In this document: positions 1 to 8,145 of the stretch, piece after piece
Layout: each line of letters starts with the position of its first letter
Numbering within the stretch: the first letter of the stretch is position 1
DNA from: Gammaproteobacteria bacterium
Lineage (GTDB): Bacteria; Pseudomonadota; Gammaproteobacteria; G965209235
Assembly: GCA_965209235.1 (NCBI GenBank)
Contig: OZ242382.1
Span: 943,010 to 1,007,009 of the forward strand
Reading direction: 5' to 3'
Length of the DNA stretch: 64,000 bases
Translations under genes and position numbers: made by a program
Notes under the pieces: model-generated
What the model was told of the DNA's origin: nothing
Databases searched by the model: none
The model's input: only the letters and a program-made list of their open reading frames with translations

Positions 1-466
1 GAAGCATGATGCTATGGCAGGGTACCTGCGGTTGGTGACAGACCCCGATGTGGCTGTCGCGCAGCAAGCGGCCAATGAGTGGTGCAATTGGGAATCGTGC
101 GTGGCCACGATCGGTGGCCGGACACCGGATGCGCTTGGTCGCGGTGAGTTCATGGAGCTTGATGGACCCCAGTGCCTTGCTTGGGGGCGAATTGGCGCGT
201 GGTATCTGCATCACCGGTGTTGGATTGATGCTGATGCCATGCTGGGAACCTTGAGCAAGGTGGTCGATTTCCCGATCTCCATTGTGCATGGCCGGTTTGA
301 CATGGTATGCCCTCCTAGGAGTGCGTACGACGTGTATGACGCCGTCAGCACGGCCAACGTCTACATCGTGGAAGACGGTGGGCATAGCGCGGCTGAAACC
401 AAAATGCGCACAGCCGTGTGGCAGACGAATGATCGATTGCTGTCCTCTCTTGGGTGGGCGGCGTAA
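1..466 (+). CDS. pip: proline iminopeptidase (prolyl aminopeptidase), C-terminal part; the 5' end lies upstream of the window
   Basis: The frame of ORF 14..466 is open to the window edge. The C-terminal alpha/beta-hydrolase block 'ISIVHGRFDMVCPP...YIVEDGGHSAAE' is typical of Pip-family enzymes. Confidence 0.8.
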   Translation, partial: KHDAMAGYLRLVTDPDVAVAQQAANEWCNWESCVATIGGRTPDALGRGEFMELDGPQCLAWGRIGAWYLHHRCWIDADAMLGTLSKVVDFPISIVHGRFDMVCPPRSAYDVYDAVSTANVYIVEDGGHSAAETKMRTAVWQTNDRLLSSLGWAA

Positions 467-633
467 CGCGCTGAAAGAGCTGAGCACCCATCGGTTGCCG
501 AATGCGGAAAGCTATCGGTCAATCTGTGTCATGGAAGCGAGGATCCGCATGGCTCTTCGGAACGCAAGCCCTGTCAGGGCAGTCTACATAACATGTGGTT
601 GATGTCGACAACGGAGATGCCAGACTCAAGGAT

Positions 634-642
634 TGATAAACT
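634..642 (+). promoter_or_regulatory. possible extended -10 element (TGaTAAACT) for the SRP RNA gene
   Basis: TG-n-TAAACT lies a few nt upstream of the first base-paired nucleotides of the SRP RNA helix. I found no convincing -35. Confidence 0.3.
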
Positions 643-760
643 ACCGGTGCCCGATGTCGGTCCCTTCGCAGGCTGTCCGCATCAATCCCGCCAGGTCCGG
701 GAGGAAGCAACGGTCGTGTGGTACGGTGGTGCCGGAGATCGGCCGGCATCGGGTCCGGTT
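643..760 (+). ncRNA. ffs: signal recognition particle RNA (4.5S RNA, small bacterial type); ends approximate
   Basis: It has the conserved domain IV apex 'CCAGGUCCGGGAGGAAGCAAC' (compare E. coli CAGGUCCGGAAGGAAGCAGCC) with a GNRA loop (GGGA) followed by GGAAGCA. The long closing helix pairs 5' ACCGG-CCCGAUGUCGGUC (643-663) with 3' GGCCGGCAUCGGG-CCGGU (741-759). Confidence 0.8.
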
Positions 761-783
761 CCCTCATTGGTTGCGATCAAGAT

Positions 784-1578
784 ATGACCCAGCCTGTTCG
801 AGTTAGCGCAGCCGAGCGAACCGCGGGGCGCGTGACTGTCCCTCGTAATGGACGCGCTGCCAGAGGCGGCGCACCGCAAACCCCTTCGCGTGGTGGCGCT
901 ATCTTCGCGTCCCTGTTGTCGCTTGTTGCCATCGGCGGCGCGGCACTCGTGGGATACGAAGGATATCGCTTGATCCATGCGTTTGAGCCCCGGTTTGAGA
1001 GTGTGAACGCGCGTCTGGCAGAAGTCGAAGAAGAATTGGCGCTGAGTGACCAAAGCCAGCAAAAAGTTCTGGCGAAGCTGGTGGACACCACCAATAAGAT
1101 GATTGAGTTGACCGAGGCGCACGCGACAGAGCTCTCGAAGCTTCGGGGCGAACTGACACGCACTGCTTTGTCCCTCAAGGGGCAAAACGATGGATTGTCG
1201 CGATTGAGTGATGATATTGACAAGTTGGGCGGCAAGGTGATTGAGGCCAGCAGCGCTGCTGTGTCACTGCGTAATCAACTGTCACTGCTTGCGGCGAAGC
1301 AAAACGCGATCACGCGTGAATTGGCGACGGTCCAAGAGATTGAAGCACAAGTGCAGGCAGCGCGGGATGCGGCGGATGCACTCGCCGATCAGGTGCGCGG
1401 CTTCAATGCCTTTCGCAGTCAGATCCTGACGCGCGTGACATCTCAGGGCACCACGCTGAGCCTGATGGGTCAGCGTCTTGAAGAGCTAGAGACTTCCGCA
1501 GAGAGTGAGCCGAGCGTGCAGAGCGATGCGCCTGAGACATCGTTCGCAGCGGAACGAGGGGACGTGGCGAAACGGTAG
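784..1578 (+). CDS. hypothetical membrane-anchored coiled-coil protein
   Basis: The start is ATG 784, in frame in ORF 718..1578; the earlier start overlaps ffs. A basic N-terminus is followed by one hydrophobic helix (IFASLLSLVAIGGAALVGY) and about 200 aa of heptad-like Q/E/L/A-rich sequence. I recognise no family. Confidence 0.6.
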   Translation: MTQPVRVSAAERTAGRVTVPRNGRAARGGAPQTPSRGGAIFASLLSLVAIGGAALVGYEGYRLIHAFEPRFESVNARLAEVEEELALSDQSQQKVLAKLVDTTNKMIELTEAHATELSKLRGELTRTALSLKGQNDGLSRLSDDIDKLGGKVIEASSAAVSLRNQLSLLAAKQNAITRELATVQEIEAQVQAARDAADALADQVRGFNAFRSQILTRVTSQGTTLSLMGQRLEELETSAESEPSVQSDAPETSFAAERGDVAKR

Positions 1579-1641
1579 ACGCGCCAGTTTTAGGTACTGG
1601 TGCCGCAAGGCGTGGGAGTTCGAGTCTCCCCGTCCCCACCA
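1558..1641 (+). tRNA. tRNA-Leu (anticodon UAG), long variable arm, CCA encoded
   Basis: The acceptor stem GGGGACG/CGTCCCC precedes a discriminator A and CCA. The anticodon stem CCAGT/ACTGG carries the loop TT-TAG-GT. The T arm is GGGAG-TTCGAGT-CTCCC, and the variable arm is class II. Confidence 0.95.
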
Positions 1642-1714
1642 ATGGGGAAATCTTTCACTACGTTCACCCCATTCTTGCACTACAATCACGTCACATGCTC
1701 TAGGGGTTTTTCAG

Positions 1715-2137
1715 ATGATTTACGAAAACGCACACTATGCGGATCGTGACAACATGATCCGGTTGCTAAAAGGCTCGTACAAAGGGCCAGTTTGCATGGT
1801 CAATCTTCTCAAATTCCGCGAACGTGCCGAATATCCTGACGGTCGCGATGCCGATCTCCCAGGACGTGAGGCCTATTTGCGGTATGGGCAAGCCTTTATG
1901 AAGATTGCGCGTCCACACGGCGTGACGTCGATCTACAACGCTCCCATTCAAGGGCTCATTGTTGGTGAGGTTGAGGGACTCTGGGACACGATTGCGCTCG
2001 TGAAGTATCCGTCTCTCAGCGTCTTTACGACGATCGTGGGATCCGATGAAGTGGCGGCTCTCCAAGATCATCGCAAAGCGGGCATTGCCGGTCAACTCCT
2101 CATCATGACGGGTGAAAACGGCGGCGGGTTAGGCTGA
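1715..2137 (+). CDS. DUF1330 domain-containing protein
   Basis: The start is ATG 1715 within ORF 1505..2137; the upstream part overlaps the tRNA. The pattern 'VCMVNLLKFRE...AYLRYG...W.....VKYPS...F' looks like DUF1330 to me. Confidence 0.7.
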   Translation: MIYENAHYADRDNMIRLLKGSYKGPVCMVNLLKFRERAEYPDGRDADLPGREAYLRYGQAFMKIARPHGVTSIYNAPIQGLIVGEVEGLWDTIALVKYPSLSVFTTIVGSDEVAALQDHRKAGIAGQLLIMTGENGGGLG

Positions 2138-2908
2138 GTCTTCTTCGTCTTCTACCGTTTTCGGTTGGGCCAATGACCCTGTCAGAAGTCCAAGCTCATA
2201 CAAGATGATCATCGGCACCGCCATCAGTATCTGAGAGAGGATGTCAGGTGGCGTGAGGAGCATTCCAAGTGCAAAGCATCCCACGATGACATACCGTCTC
2301 GCTTTGCGCGCGGATGTGATGTGTACGACCCCTCGTGCAATGAGCGTGTGAATGATCACCGGCATTTGGAAAACCATGCCGAATGCCATGCCGACTCCCG
2401 CCACAAAGTCCAGGTACGCGCCAATGTCTGTCGCCAGCTCGATGCCATCGGGCGATGCGAGACGGAAAAACGCCAGCATGGACGGTAACACGAGCGCTGA
2501 AAAGAAGGCGATCCCACCGTAAAACAGCGACACCGAGGCAATGAGTAAGGGGCCAATGGACCGGCGTTCGCGGCGATACAGACCGGGTCGCACGAACGCC
2601 CATAGTTCGTACAAGAGATATGGCATCAGCCCAATGATGACGACATACGCCGTCGCCTTGAATGGCACCAGCAGTGGTGTGGCCACGCCGATCGCAATGA
2701 GCTTGGCCCCTTCCGGAAGCGTATCCATGATCGGTTTCGCGATGACTAGATAGATGTCAGCCGCAAACGGCAAACACGCTCCGAGTGCAACGAACAGGAC
2801 GATCGCCATGCGCACCAGCCGGATGCGGAGTTCGCGAAGATGAGGAATGAGGCCTGCGAGGACACCGTCGCTCGGGGTCTGAAGATGTGGTTGCGGGTTA
2901 CTCGTCAC
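2129..2908 (-). CDS. tatC: twin-arginine translocase subunit TatC
   Basis: This 259-aa polytopic protein carries 'HLRELRIRLV...' and 'LYELWAFVRPGLYRRERR', characteristic of TatC. It is the last gene of a tatABC cluster. Confidence 0.95.
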   Translation of the reverse strand: MTSNPQPHLQTPSDGVLAGLIPHLRELRIRLVRMAIVLFVALGACLPFAADIYLVIAKPIMDTLPEGAKLIAIGVATPLLVPFKATAYVVIIGLMPYLLYELWAFVRPGLYRRERRSIGPLLIASVSLFYGGIAFFSALVLPSMLAFFRLASPDGIELATDIGAYLDFVAGVGMAFGMVFQMPVIIHTLIARGVVHITSARKARRYVIVGCFALGMLLTPPDILSQILMAVPMIILYELGLLTGSLAQPKTVEDEEDSA

Positions 2909-3095
2909 GCGAGTCTTTGGGCGTGTCGATATGCAGATCCTTCACCACGGAGTTTTTAACAGCCGAGACATAGTCAGTGACTTTGCGCCGAAAGTGCACG
3001 ATGCCTCGCACCATGTCGGGAATCTTGCTAGGCGGCACCGCAATGAGTGTCACGATGATGAGGGACGCCAGTTCCCACAACGAGATTCCAAACAC
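2898..3095 (-). CDS. tatB: TatA/TatB-family protein, assigned TatB by position; short (65 aa)
   Basis: It starts at GTG and reads 'MFGISLWELASLIIVTLIAV.PSKIPDMVRGI', a TM helix plus hinge plus amphipathic helix of the TatA/B family. It sits between tatA and tatC. Confidence 0.7.
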   Translation of the reverse strand: MFGISLWELASLIIVTLIAVPPSKIPDMVRGIVHFRRKVTDYVSAVKNSVVKDLHIDTPKDSRDE

Positions 3096-3101
3096 GTGTG
3101 G

Positions 3102-3286
3102 TTACCCCTTAGGGGCGTCGTTGTCCTGTGATTTGTCGTCATCTGAGGAGTCGTTTTTGGAGGCATTACGAAAGCCTCGAATCGCCGCGCCCAGATCTGA
3201 GCAATGGACCGGACTTTCTTGGTGCCAAATAAAAGCGCAACAATCGCCAAGACGATGAGTAGTTGCCAAACGGAGATGCCGCCCAT
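3102..3286 (-). CDS. tatA: twin-arginine translocase subunit TatA, frame-disrupted in this sequence (one base apparently missing near 3200-3203)
   Basis: ATG 3286 gives MGGISVWQLLIVLAIVALLFGTKKVRSIA. The adjacent frame continues SDLGAAIRGFRNASKNDSSDDDKSQDNDAPKG and stops at 3102-3104, 6 nt before the tatB GTG. The uninterrupted 80-aa ORF (3050..3292) has a non-homologous tail that overlaps tatB. Confidence 0.8.
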
Positions 3287-3343
3287 GGTCAATCCTGACA
3301 GTGTCGCGGGATTCTAGTTTTGCCAGCCGGTGTCACGCGTCGA

Positions 3344-4900
3344 CTAGCGTCTAACGGACACAATCCAGCCGACACAAAAGGCCACGACAACGGTGCTAAG
3401 GCCGAGTGCGCTGATCGGTGCCCCGTACCACATCGCGCCTCCCCCTAAGACCGATATTGCTGCGATGTACCCGAGCGCGTTTCTTGGTGTCGCAGTCGGC
3501 GTGGGGTGTGGGTCCCTCACCGTATGGGAGAGCACGTGAGATAGGCGAAGTAGGACGTGCGGTGCCACATCGGTCGCTTTCTCGATGAGCGCTGACGGGC
3601 TGACCTGATCACGCATCCACTGTTGGAGAAACGTGCGCGCAATCAGCCAAAAATCCAATGATGGCCATAGGCGCCGGCCCATGCCTTCAATGTTGAGTAG
3701 CGTGCGTGACAACAATGCAAAGTTCGGATCAACGCGCAGGTCATGACGGCGCGCGGTATCGAACAGCTGGATCAAGATCTTGCCGAACGCGACATCTTCT
3801 AGCGGCTGATCCATGACGGGTTCGCAGGCCGCACCAATTTCGGTAGACAGATGGTTGAGATCGGTATCAGCGTGTGCCCAACCCCGGACAACAAACAGCG
3901 CGGCGACTCTGTCGTACTTGTGATCCATCAGCGCGAGCAGTGTTTGAGCGAGCCACAACCGATCATCATCACTGAGAGATCCCGCAACCGCGATATCGAC
4001 GGCGACGTACCGCGGATCGGCGCCGTTGTGGCGAAGGACCATGATATTGCCGGGGTGCATATCACCGTGAAAGAAATTGTGCGTGAACACTTGACGTAAG
4101 AAGATCTCAACGCCGCGCTTCGCCAGACGTTCCAGATGGACGCCGCTATTCGCCAGGGCGGGCACATCGGTCACGGCCACTGCATCGACATATTCCATCG
4201 TGAGCGTAACTTGGGAGGTGAACTTCCAGTACACCTCCGGAATGTATAGCAGCGACGAGCCGTGAAAATCGCGCCGCGTGCGTTGGGTGTTGGCCGCCTC
4301 TCGCCGCAGGTCCATTTCACCCAGAAGATCTTGCCGGTAGCTATCAACGACCTCTTCGATTCGAAGTCGCCGTGCTTCAGGAACGCTGATGGCGACCAAC
4401 TTGGACATGCGTGCCATCCATTTCACGCACGTGGCGACGGCAGCCTCAACGTTTGGTTTGAGCACCTTGACGACCACATCGTGTCCGCCATCTTCCGGCT
4501 TCAACCTGGCGCGGTGTACTTGAGCGACGGAGGCCGATGCCAGAGGTGTTTCGTCAAACGACGCAAAGAGTTGATCAACCGGCTTTCCGAGGTTGTCTTC
4601 AATGCGTTGTTTCACGTGAAGAGTGGGCACCGGCTGGCAGTCCTTCAGCAATCGCTCCAATGAAAGCGCGATGTCAGGGGCAATAAAGTCAGGGCGATTG
4701 CACAGAATTTGCCCCAGCTTGACAAAGACGGGTCCCATGCGCTCAAGTGCAAGTGCGAGGCGTTCACCACGCGGTTTTGAGGCGCCCAGTTGGCCGAAGG
4801 GCAGTTGCAAGACGCGCACGATCCATGGAAGCGACGCACGCGGCACTAAAAGATCCAGCCGATACCGGCACGCCAAGAAGGCGATCCTGACGCTGATCAT
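3344..4900 (-). CDS. ubiB: ubiquinone biosynthesis regulatory protein kinase UbiB (ABC1/AarF family)
   Basis: 'GPVFVKLGQILCNRPDFIAPDIALSLERL' and 'ASASVAQVHRARL...VVVKVLKP' are ABC1 kinase-like motifs, and two TM helices lie at the C-terminus. Synteny is ubiE-ubiJ-ubiB-tatABC. Confidence 0.93.
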   Translation of the reverse strand: MISVRIAFLACRYRLDLLVPRASLPWIVRVLQLPFGQLGASKPRGERLALALERMGPVFVKLGQILCNRPDFIAPDIALSLERLLKDCQPVPTLHVKQRIEDNLGKPVDQLFASFDETPLASASVAQVHRARLKPEDGGHDVVVKVLKPNVEAAVATCVKWMARMSKLVAISVPEARRLRIEEVVDSYRQDLLGEMDLRREAANTQRTRRDFHGSSLLYIPEVYWKFTSQVTLTMEYVDAVAVTDVPALANSGVHLERLAKRGVEIFLRQVFTHNFFHGDMHPGNIMVLRHNGADPRYVAVDIAVAGSLSDDDRLWLAQTLLALMDHKYDRVAALFVVRGWAHADTDLNHLSTEIGAACEPVMDQPLEDVAFGKILIQLFDTARRHDLRVDPNFALLSRTLLNIEGMGRRLWPSLDFWLIARTFLQQWMRDQVSPSALIEKATDVAPHVLLRLSHVLSHTVRDPHPTPTATPRNALGYIAAISVLGGGAMWYGAPISALGLSTVVVAFCVGWIVSVRR

Positions 4901-5427
4901 TATTGGTCAGATCCGGGCGGTCTTGTTTTCACGCGCAGGCGTTCCACACGCAAGCGAAGTGCGTGCAGGTCATTGCGAACAGCCGCATAGTCCTCTTGCG
5001 TCGCAAACAATGTATTCGCAACACGTCGGATCTCGCGTGAAATCGCTTGAGAGGGGCCGTCACCCAACAATGGTCCAGTGAACTCAGACACCGAGGGTTG
5101 AAACGATTCCATGGCGGTCTGCAGTGTTTGAGCCAGGGCGACATCGCCGGATACTTTGATGCCGGGCGCCACATCGCCGCCTGCCAGCGCGAGAAAAGAG
5201 TCAAGCGGTCCGCTCATTTCAAGGTCGTAGTGCACGCCCTCTGATACAAATTGTGGTGCACCACTGGACGTCAAAATGAAGGCAACCGATGGCCATCCAT
5301 CGACGGTAAAACAGACACACTTTCCTTGTGCCGTCGCCAGTTTCTGGCGGGTATCAGGATCAGCGTCAAGAATGATTCGCGACAACCAACTCGCGATACC
5401 CAGTGCGACGTCTTTAGGTTGCGGCAT
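4900..5427 (-). CDS. ubiJ: ubiquinone biosynthesis accessory factor UbiJ (SCP2 domain)
   Basis: Position between ubiE and ubiB supports the call. An SCP2-like N-terminal region is followed by a C-terminal amphipathic helix. The 175-aa size is typical. Confidence 0.8.
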   Translation of the reverse strand: MPQPKDVALGIASWLSRIILDADPDTRQKLATAQGKCVCFTVDGWPSVAFILTSSGAPQFVSEGVHYDLEMSGPLDSFLALAGGDVAPGIKVSGDVALAQTLQTAMESFQPSVSEFTGPLLGDGPSQAISREIRRVANTLFATQEDYAAVRNDLHALRLRVERLRVKTRPPGSDQ

Positions 5428-6178
5428 CGCGGCATCTCATGCCTGAGTGAATCGCCACAACGCCGGCGCACAACGGTTCAGCTGAGATCTCTTCAAAACC
5501 CGCATCTCTCATTTGAGACGCCAAGTCAAAACGAGTGGGATGGCGTTCAATAGATTGGTACAAGTAGTCATATGACTCCCGGTCCCCGGTGACCCTGCCG
5601 CCGATCCACGGCGTGCAGCGTGCCGTCCACAGGTGATACGCATCCTCAATCCAGTTGGCGCGGGGGCTAGAAAACTCCAAAATCGTCAGTCGCCCGCCAA
5701 TCTTTAACACGCGCTTGAGTTCGGCGAACGCCGCATTTGGCGTGGTGAAGTTGCGTAACCCAAATCCGACGATAGCAGCATCGACGGATTGGTCTGCGAT
5801 GGGCAGGGAGTGGGCGTCCGCCACCACGCGGCAAATCGACGATGAGTCCCACCCGGCGTCTTCGGCTTTGTTCCGGCCTGCCTCAAGCATTTCGAGGCTA
5901 AAGTCGGCGGCAATGATGCGGCCGTTTGGTCCCACGCGCTGAGAAATGATGTGCGCAAGATCACCGGTGCCTGACGCCAGGTCCAAAACGTTAGCGCCTT
6001 CGCGAATGCCAGCCTGATCAACGGCCAGTCGCTTCCAAATGCGATGGAGACCAAATGACATCAAGTCATTCATGACGTCGTAACGCTCAGCGACAGAGCG
6101 AAAGACACCCTGCACCAAATCAGACTTTTCGTCAGATGTCACTCGGCGATTGCCGAACCAAGTCTGAGGGCGTGACAT
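5414..6178 (-). CDS. ubiE: bifunctional demethylmenaquinone/ubiquinone C-methyltransferase UbiE
   Basis: 'VFRSVAERYDVMNDLMSFGLHRIWKR' plus the SAM-binding 'VLDLASGTGDLA' closely match remembered UbiE sequences. Confidence 0.95.
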   Translation of the reverse strand: MSRPQTWFGNRRVTSDEKSDLVQGVFRSVAERYDVMNDLMSFGLHRIWKRLAVDQAGIREGANVLDLASGTGDLAHIISQRVGPNGRIIAADFSLEMLEAGRNKAEDAGWDSSSICRVVADAHSLPIADQSVDAAIVGFGLRNFTTPNAAFAELKRVLKIGGRLTILEFSSPRANWIEDAYHLWTARCTPWIGGRVTGDRESYDYLYQSIERHPTRFDLASQMRDAGFEEISAEPLCAGVVAIHSGMRCRDAAT

Positions 6179-6208
6179 CGCTAACGTTGGTGGCTCATCG
6201 TTGACTGA

Positions 6209-7171
6209 TTATCGTCGCGTGCGGTTGAATTTGTTGGTGGCTGGCAACGGCTGCTCACCCGATTTGAGCGTTTGATCTCGGCGGCCAGTTAGAAGGGTCT
6301 CGCGCCGTTGTCTGAGGCTCGCTAGTCTCAGCACGCGACTCTCCTGCAGTTCGCCGCGCGTGACGGCTGCCTGAACGGCACACCCATGATCAATATCTCG
6401 ATGCTCGCAATTGCGGAACTTGCAGTCAGCTGCATGCTCGGTGACATCGGGAAACACCGCGCGCAGTCCTGTATCGCTCATGTCGTGCCACAAGAAACGA
6501 TCTCGGCCGGGCAGATCAATCAACCAGCCCTTATTCAGTGGGTACATCCGCGCGGTGGTCGTCATATGCCGGCCGCGGCCGGTGGCACCGAGTGCTCGTA
6601 CAGCGGCTTCACTGGCGCCGAGCGCACGAGTCGTTTGAGACTTTCCCGCCCCCGATACGCCGCACAGTGCCGCGACGCGGCCATCGAGCCGCTTTGACAA
6701 ATCTTCGATCCCGATGCCGGACATGGCCGAAATTTCCATAATCTCAATGGCGCTTCCCTGCAACTCTCGCTTGGTTTCCTTGACCCATGCGGGCGAATCG
6801 GGCAAGTCCACTTTATTGAGGATCCACAGAGGGGTCACGCCGCCGCTTGCCGCCGTAGCTGCCACGCCTTCCCAGTCAGTCAGGAGTGGACGAGGGATAT
6901 GGGCAAGAACGATGCAAAGGACGTCCAGGTTGGCCGCAAGTACACGGGTCTCGCCATGCGGGCCTGTCACGGTGAGAGAGGTGCGTCGTGGAGAGACTGA
7001 TGAGACGGTTTCACCTTTAATAGTGACATTATCACCGCACACAAGATGACTCTTTGACTTCGGTATTGAAGCTTCTTCTGGGTTGACTCCTGACTCGTGG
7101 CGAAACGGAGACACTTCGCAAACGGTGGAGTATCTCGCCACGACAACGGGAGAATTGTTATGATGCGTCAT
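6209..7171 (-). CDS. rsgA: ribosome small-subunit-dependent GTPase RsgA (YjeQ)
   Basis: The circularly permuted GTPase has 'NKVDL' before 'GVSGAGKS', and the C-terminal zinc knuckle is 'CKFRNCEHRDIDHGCAV'. It is divergent from orn, as in E. coli. Confidence 0.9.
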   Translation of the reverse strand: MTHHNNSPVVVARYSTVCEVSPFRHESGVNPEEASIPKSKSHLVCGDNVTIKGETVSSVSPRRTSLTVTGPHGETRVLAANLDVLCIVLAHIPRPLLTDWEGVAATAASGGVTPLWILNKVDLPDSPAWVKETKRELQGSAIEIMEISAMSGIGIEDLSKRLDGRVAALCGVSGAGKSQTTRALGASEAAVRALGATGRGRHMTTTARMYPLNKGWLIDLPGRDRFLWHDMSDTGLRAVFPDVTEHAADCKFRNCEHRDIDHGCAVQAAVTRGELQESRVLRLASLRQRRETLLTGRRDQTLKSGEQPLPATNKFNRTRR

Positions 7172-7195
7172 GCTTCTTTTACCCTCAAACTCGTG

Positions 7196-7795
7196 ATGAC
7201 CGGCTCGAAGGATACCTCTCCCGTCCCGCCCACAGCGCTCGTCTGGATTGACTTAGAGATGACGGGTCTTGAGCTCGGAACGAACAAGATTCTGGAAGTG
7301 GCCATCTTAGTCACCAGCTTGGAACTCGAGCCACTTGATTCGGGATTTTCTGCGGTTGTGTCAGCCACAGAAGAGGAATTAGAACAGATGGATTCTTGGA
7401 ATCGAGATCATCATGGGCGCAGCGGGTTGAGCGCCGAGGCGCTTGAGAGCGGACACACAATTGCCGAGGTTGAGCGGCAAGCGGTGCACTACCTGAAGAG
7501 CAACGATCTGTTTCGCGGAGCGTCACCAATGTGCGGTCGATCGAATTTCTTGGATCGGCGATTTCTCGAACGAGACGCTCCAGAGCTGTTGACGTACTTT
7601 AGTTACCGCTCCATCGATGTGGCGACAGTTTCGCAACTGGCGTTGATGTGGGCTCCGGTTTTTGAGTATTCCGGACGGTCTTCGAAGCATCGTGCAATGG
7701 ATGACATCAAGCTCGCGATTGAAGAGCTACGCCATTACCGCGCAGCTGTCGTCGACCGATATCACCGTCGGTTAAACCGTCCCAGCACTCAGTGA
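7196..7795 (+). CDS. orn: oligoribonuclease
   Basis: The start is ATG 7196 inside ORF 7097..7795. 'LVWIDLEMTGLE...ILEVA' is the DEDDh Exo I motif, and 'HRAMDDI' is Exo III. Confidence 0.9.
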   Translation: MTGSKDTSPVPPTALVWIDLEMTGLELGTNKILEVAILVTSLELEPLDSGFSAVVSATEEELEQMDSWNRDHHGRSGLSAEALESGHTIAEVERQAVHYLKSNDLFRGASPMCGRSNFLDRRFLERDAPELLTYFSYRSIDVATVSQLALMWAPVFEYSGRSSKHRAMDDIKLAIEELRHYRAAVVDRYHRRLNRPSTQ

Positions 7796-8133
7796 TCCCT
7801 GGATGGTGCCCGTGCTAGACTGCTCATATTGATGACCTTGCCGTCGCCTGCTGGCATAATCGTTGCGGCACCGCGTTCACTGACTTCGTCGATTCGCAGG
7901 ATGGCATTGGCCGGAATGAAACTGCGCTGGACACCTTCAAATTCGCGCTTGAGGCGCTCTTCTTTGGGGTCCACGATTAGTTCTGTTTCTTGGCCAAATA
8001 GGTACGCTTCCACTTCCACGAAACCGTAAATATCACTTTGGTAAATATTCCGAGCATAGACCTGATAGATCTCGTTCACGTTGACGAACGTGACACGGTA
8101 AATCGGATCAGAAGCCGCGTCCGGCATGGTCAT
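7789..8133 (-). CDS. DUF1820 family protein
   Basis: The 114-aa 'IYRVTFVNVNEIYQVYARNIYQSDIYGFVEVEAYLFG' pattern is what I associate with the gammaproteobacterial DUF1820. Confidence 0.65.
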   Translation of the reverse strand: MTMPDAASDPIYRVTFVNVNEIYQVYARNIYQSDIYGFVEVEAYLFGQETELIVDPKEERLKREFEGVQRSFIPANAILRIDEVSERGAATIMPAGDGKVINMSSLARAPSRDH

Positions 8134-8145
8134 CGAAGTTGCACA

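Noticed and set aside
718-783. The upstream start of ORF 718..1578.
   Set aside because: It overlaps the 3' half of the SRP RNA helix. ATG 784 lies just downstream of the RNA.
1403-1714. The - strand ORFs 1403..1642 and 1486..1689, and the 5' part of + ORF 1505..2137.
   Set aside because: These are translations of the tRNA-Leu gene and its flanks (the classic '...GRLELPR...'-type tRNA shadow). DUF1330 homology starts at ATG 1715.
3050-3292. The 80-aa ORF taken at face value as tatA.
   Set aside because: Its C-terminal 50 aa have no TatA similarity and overlap tatB by 46 nt. The adjacent frame encodes the canonical TatA helix and ends just before tatB.
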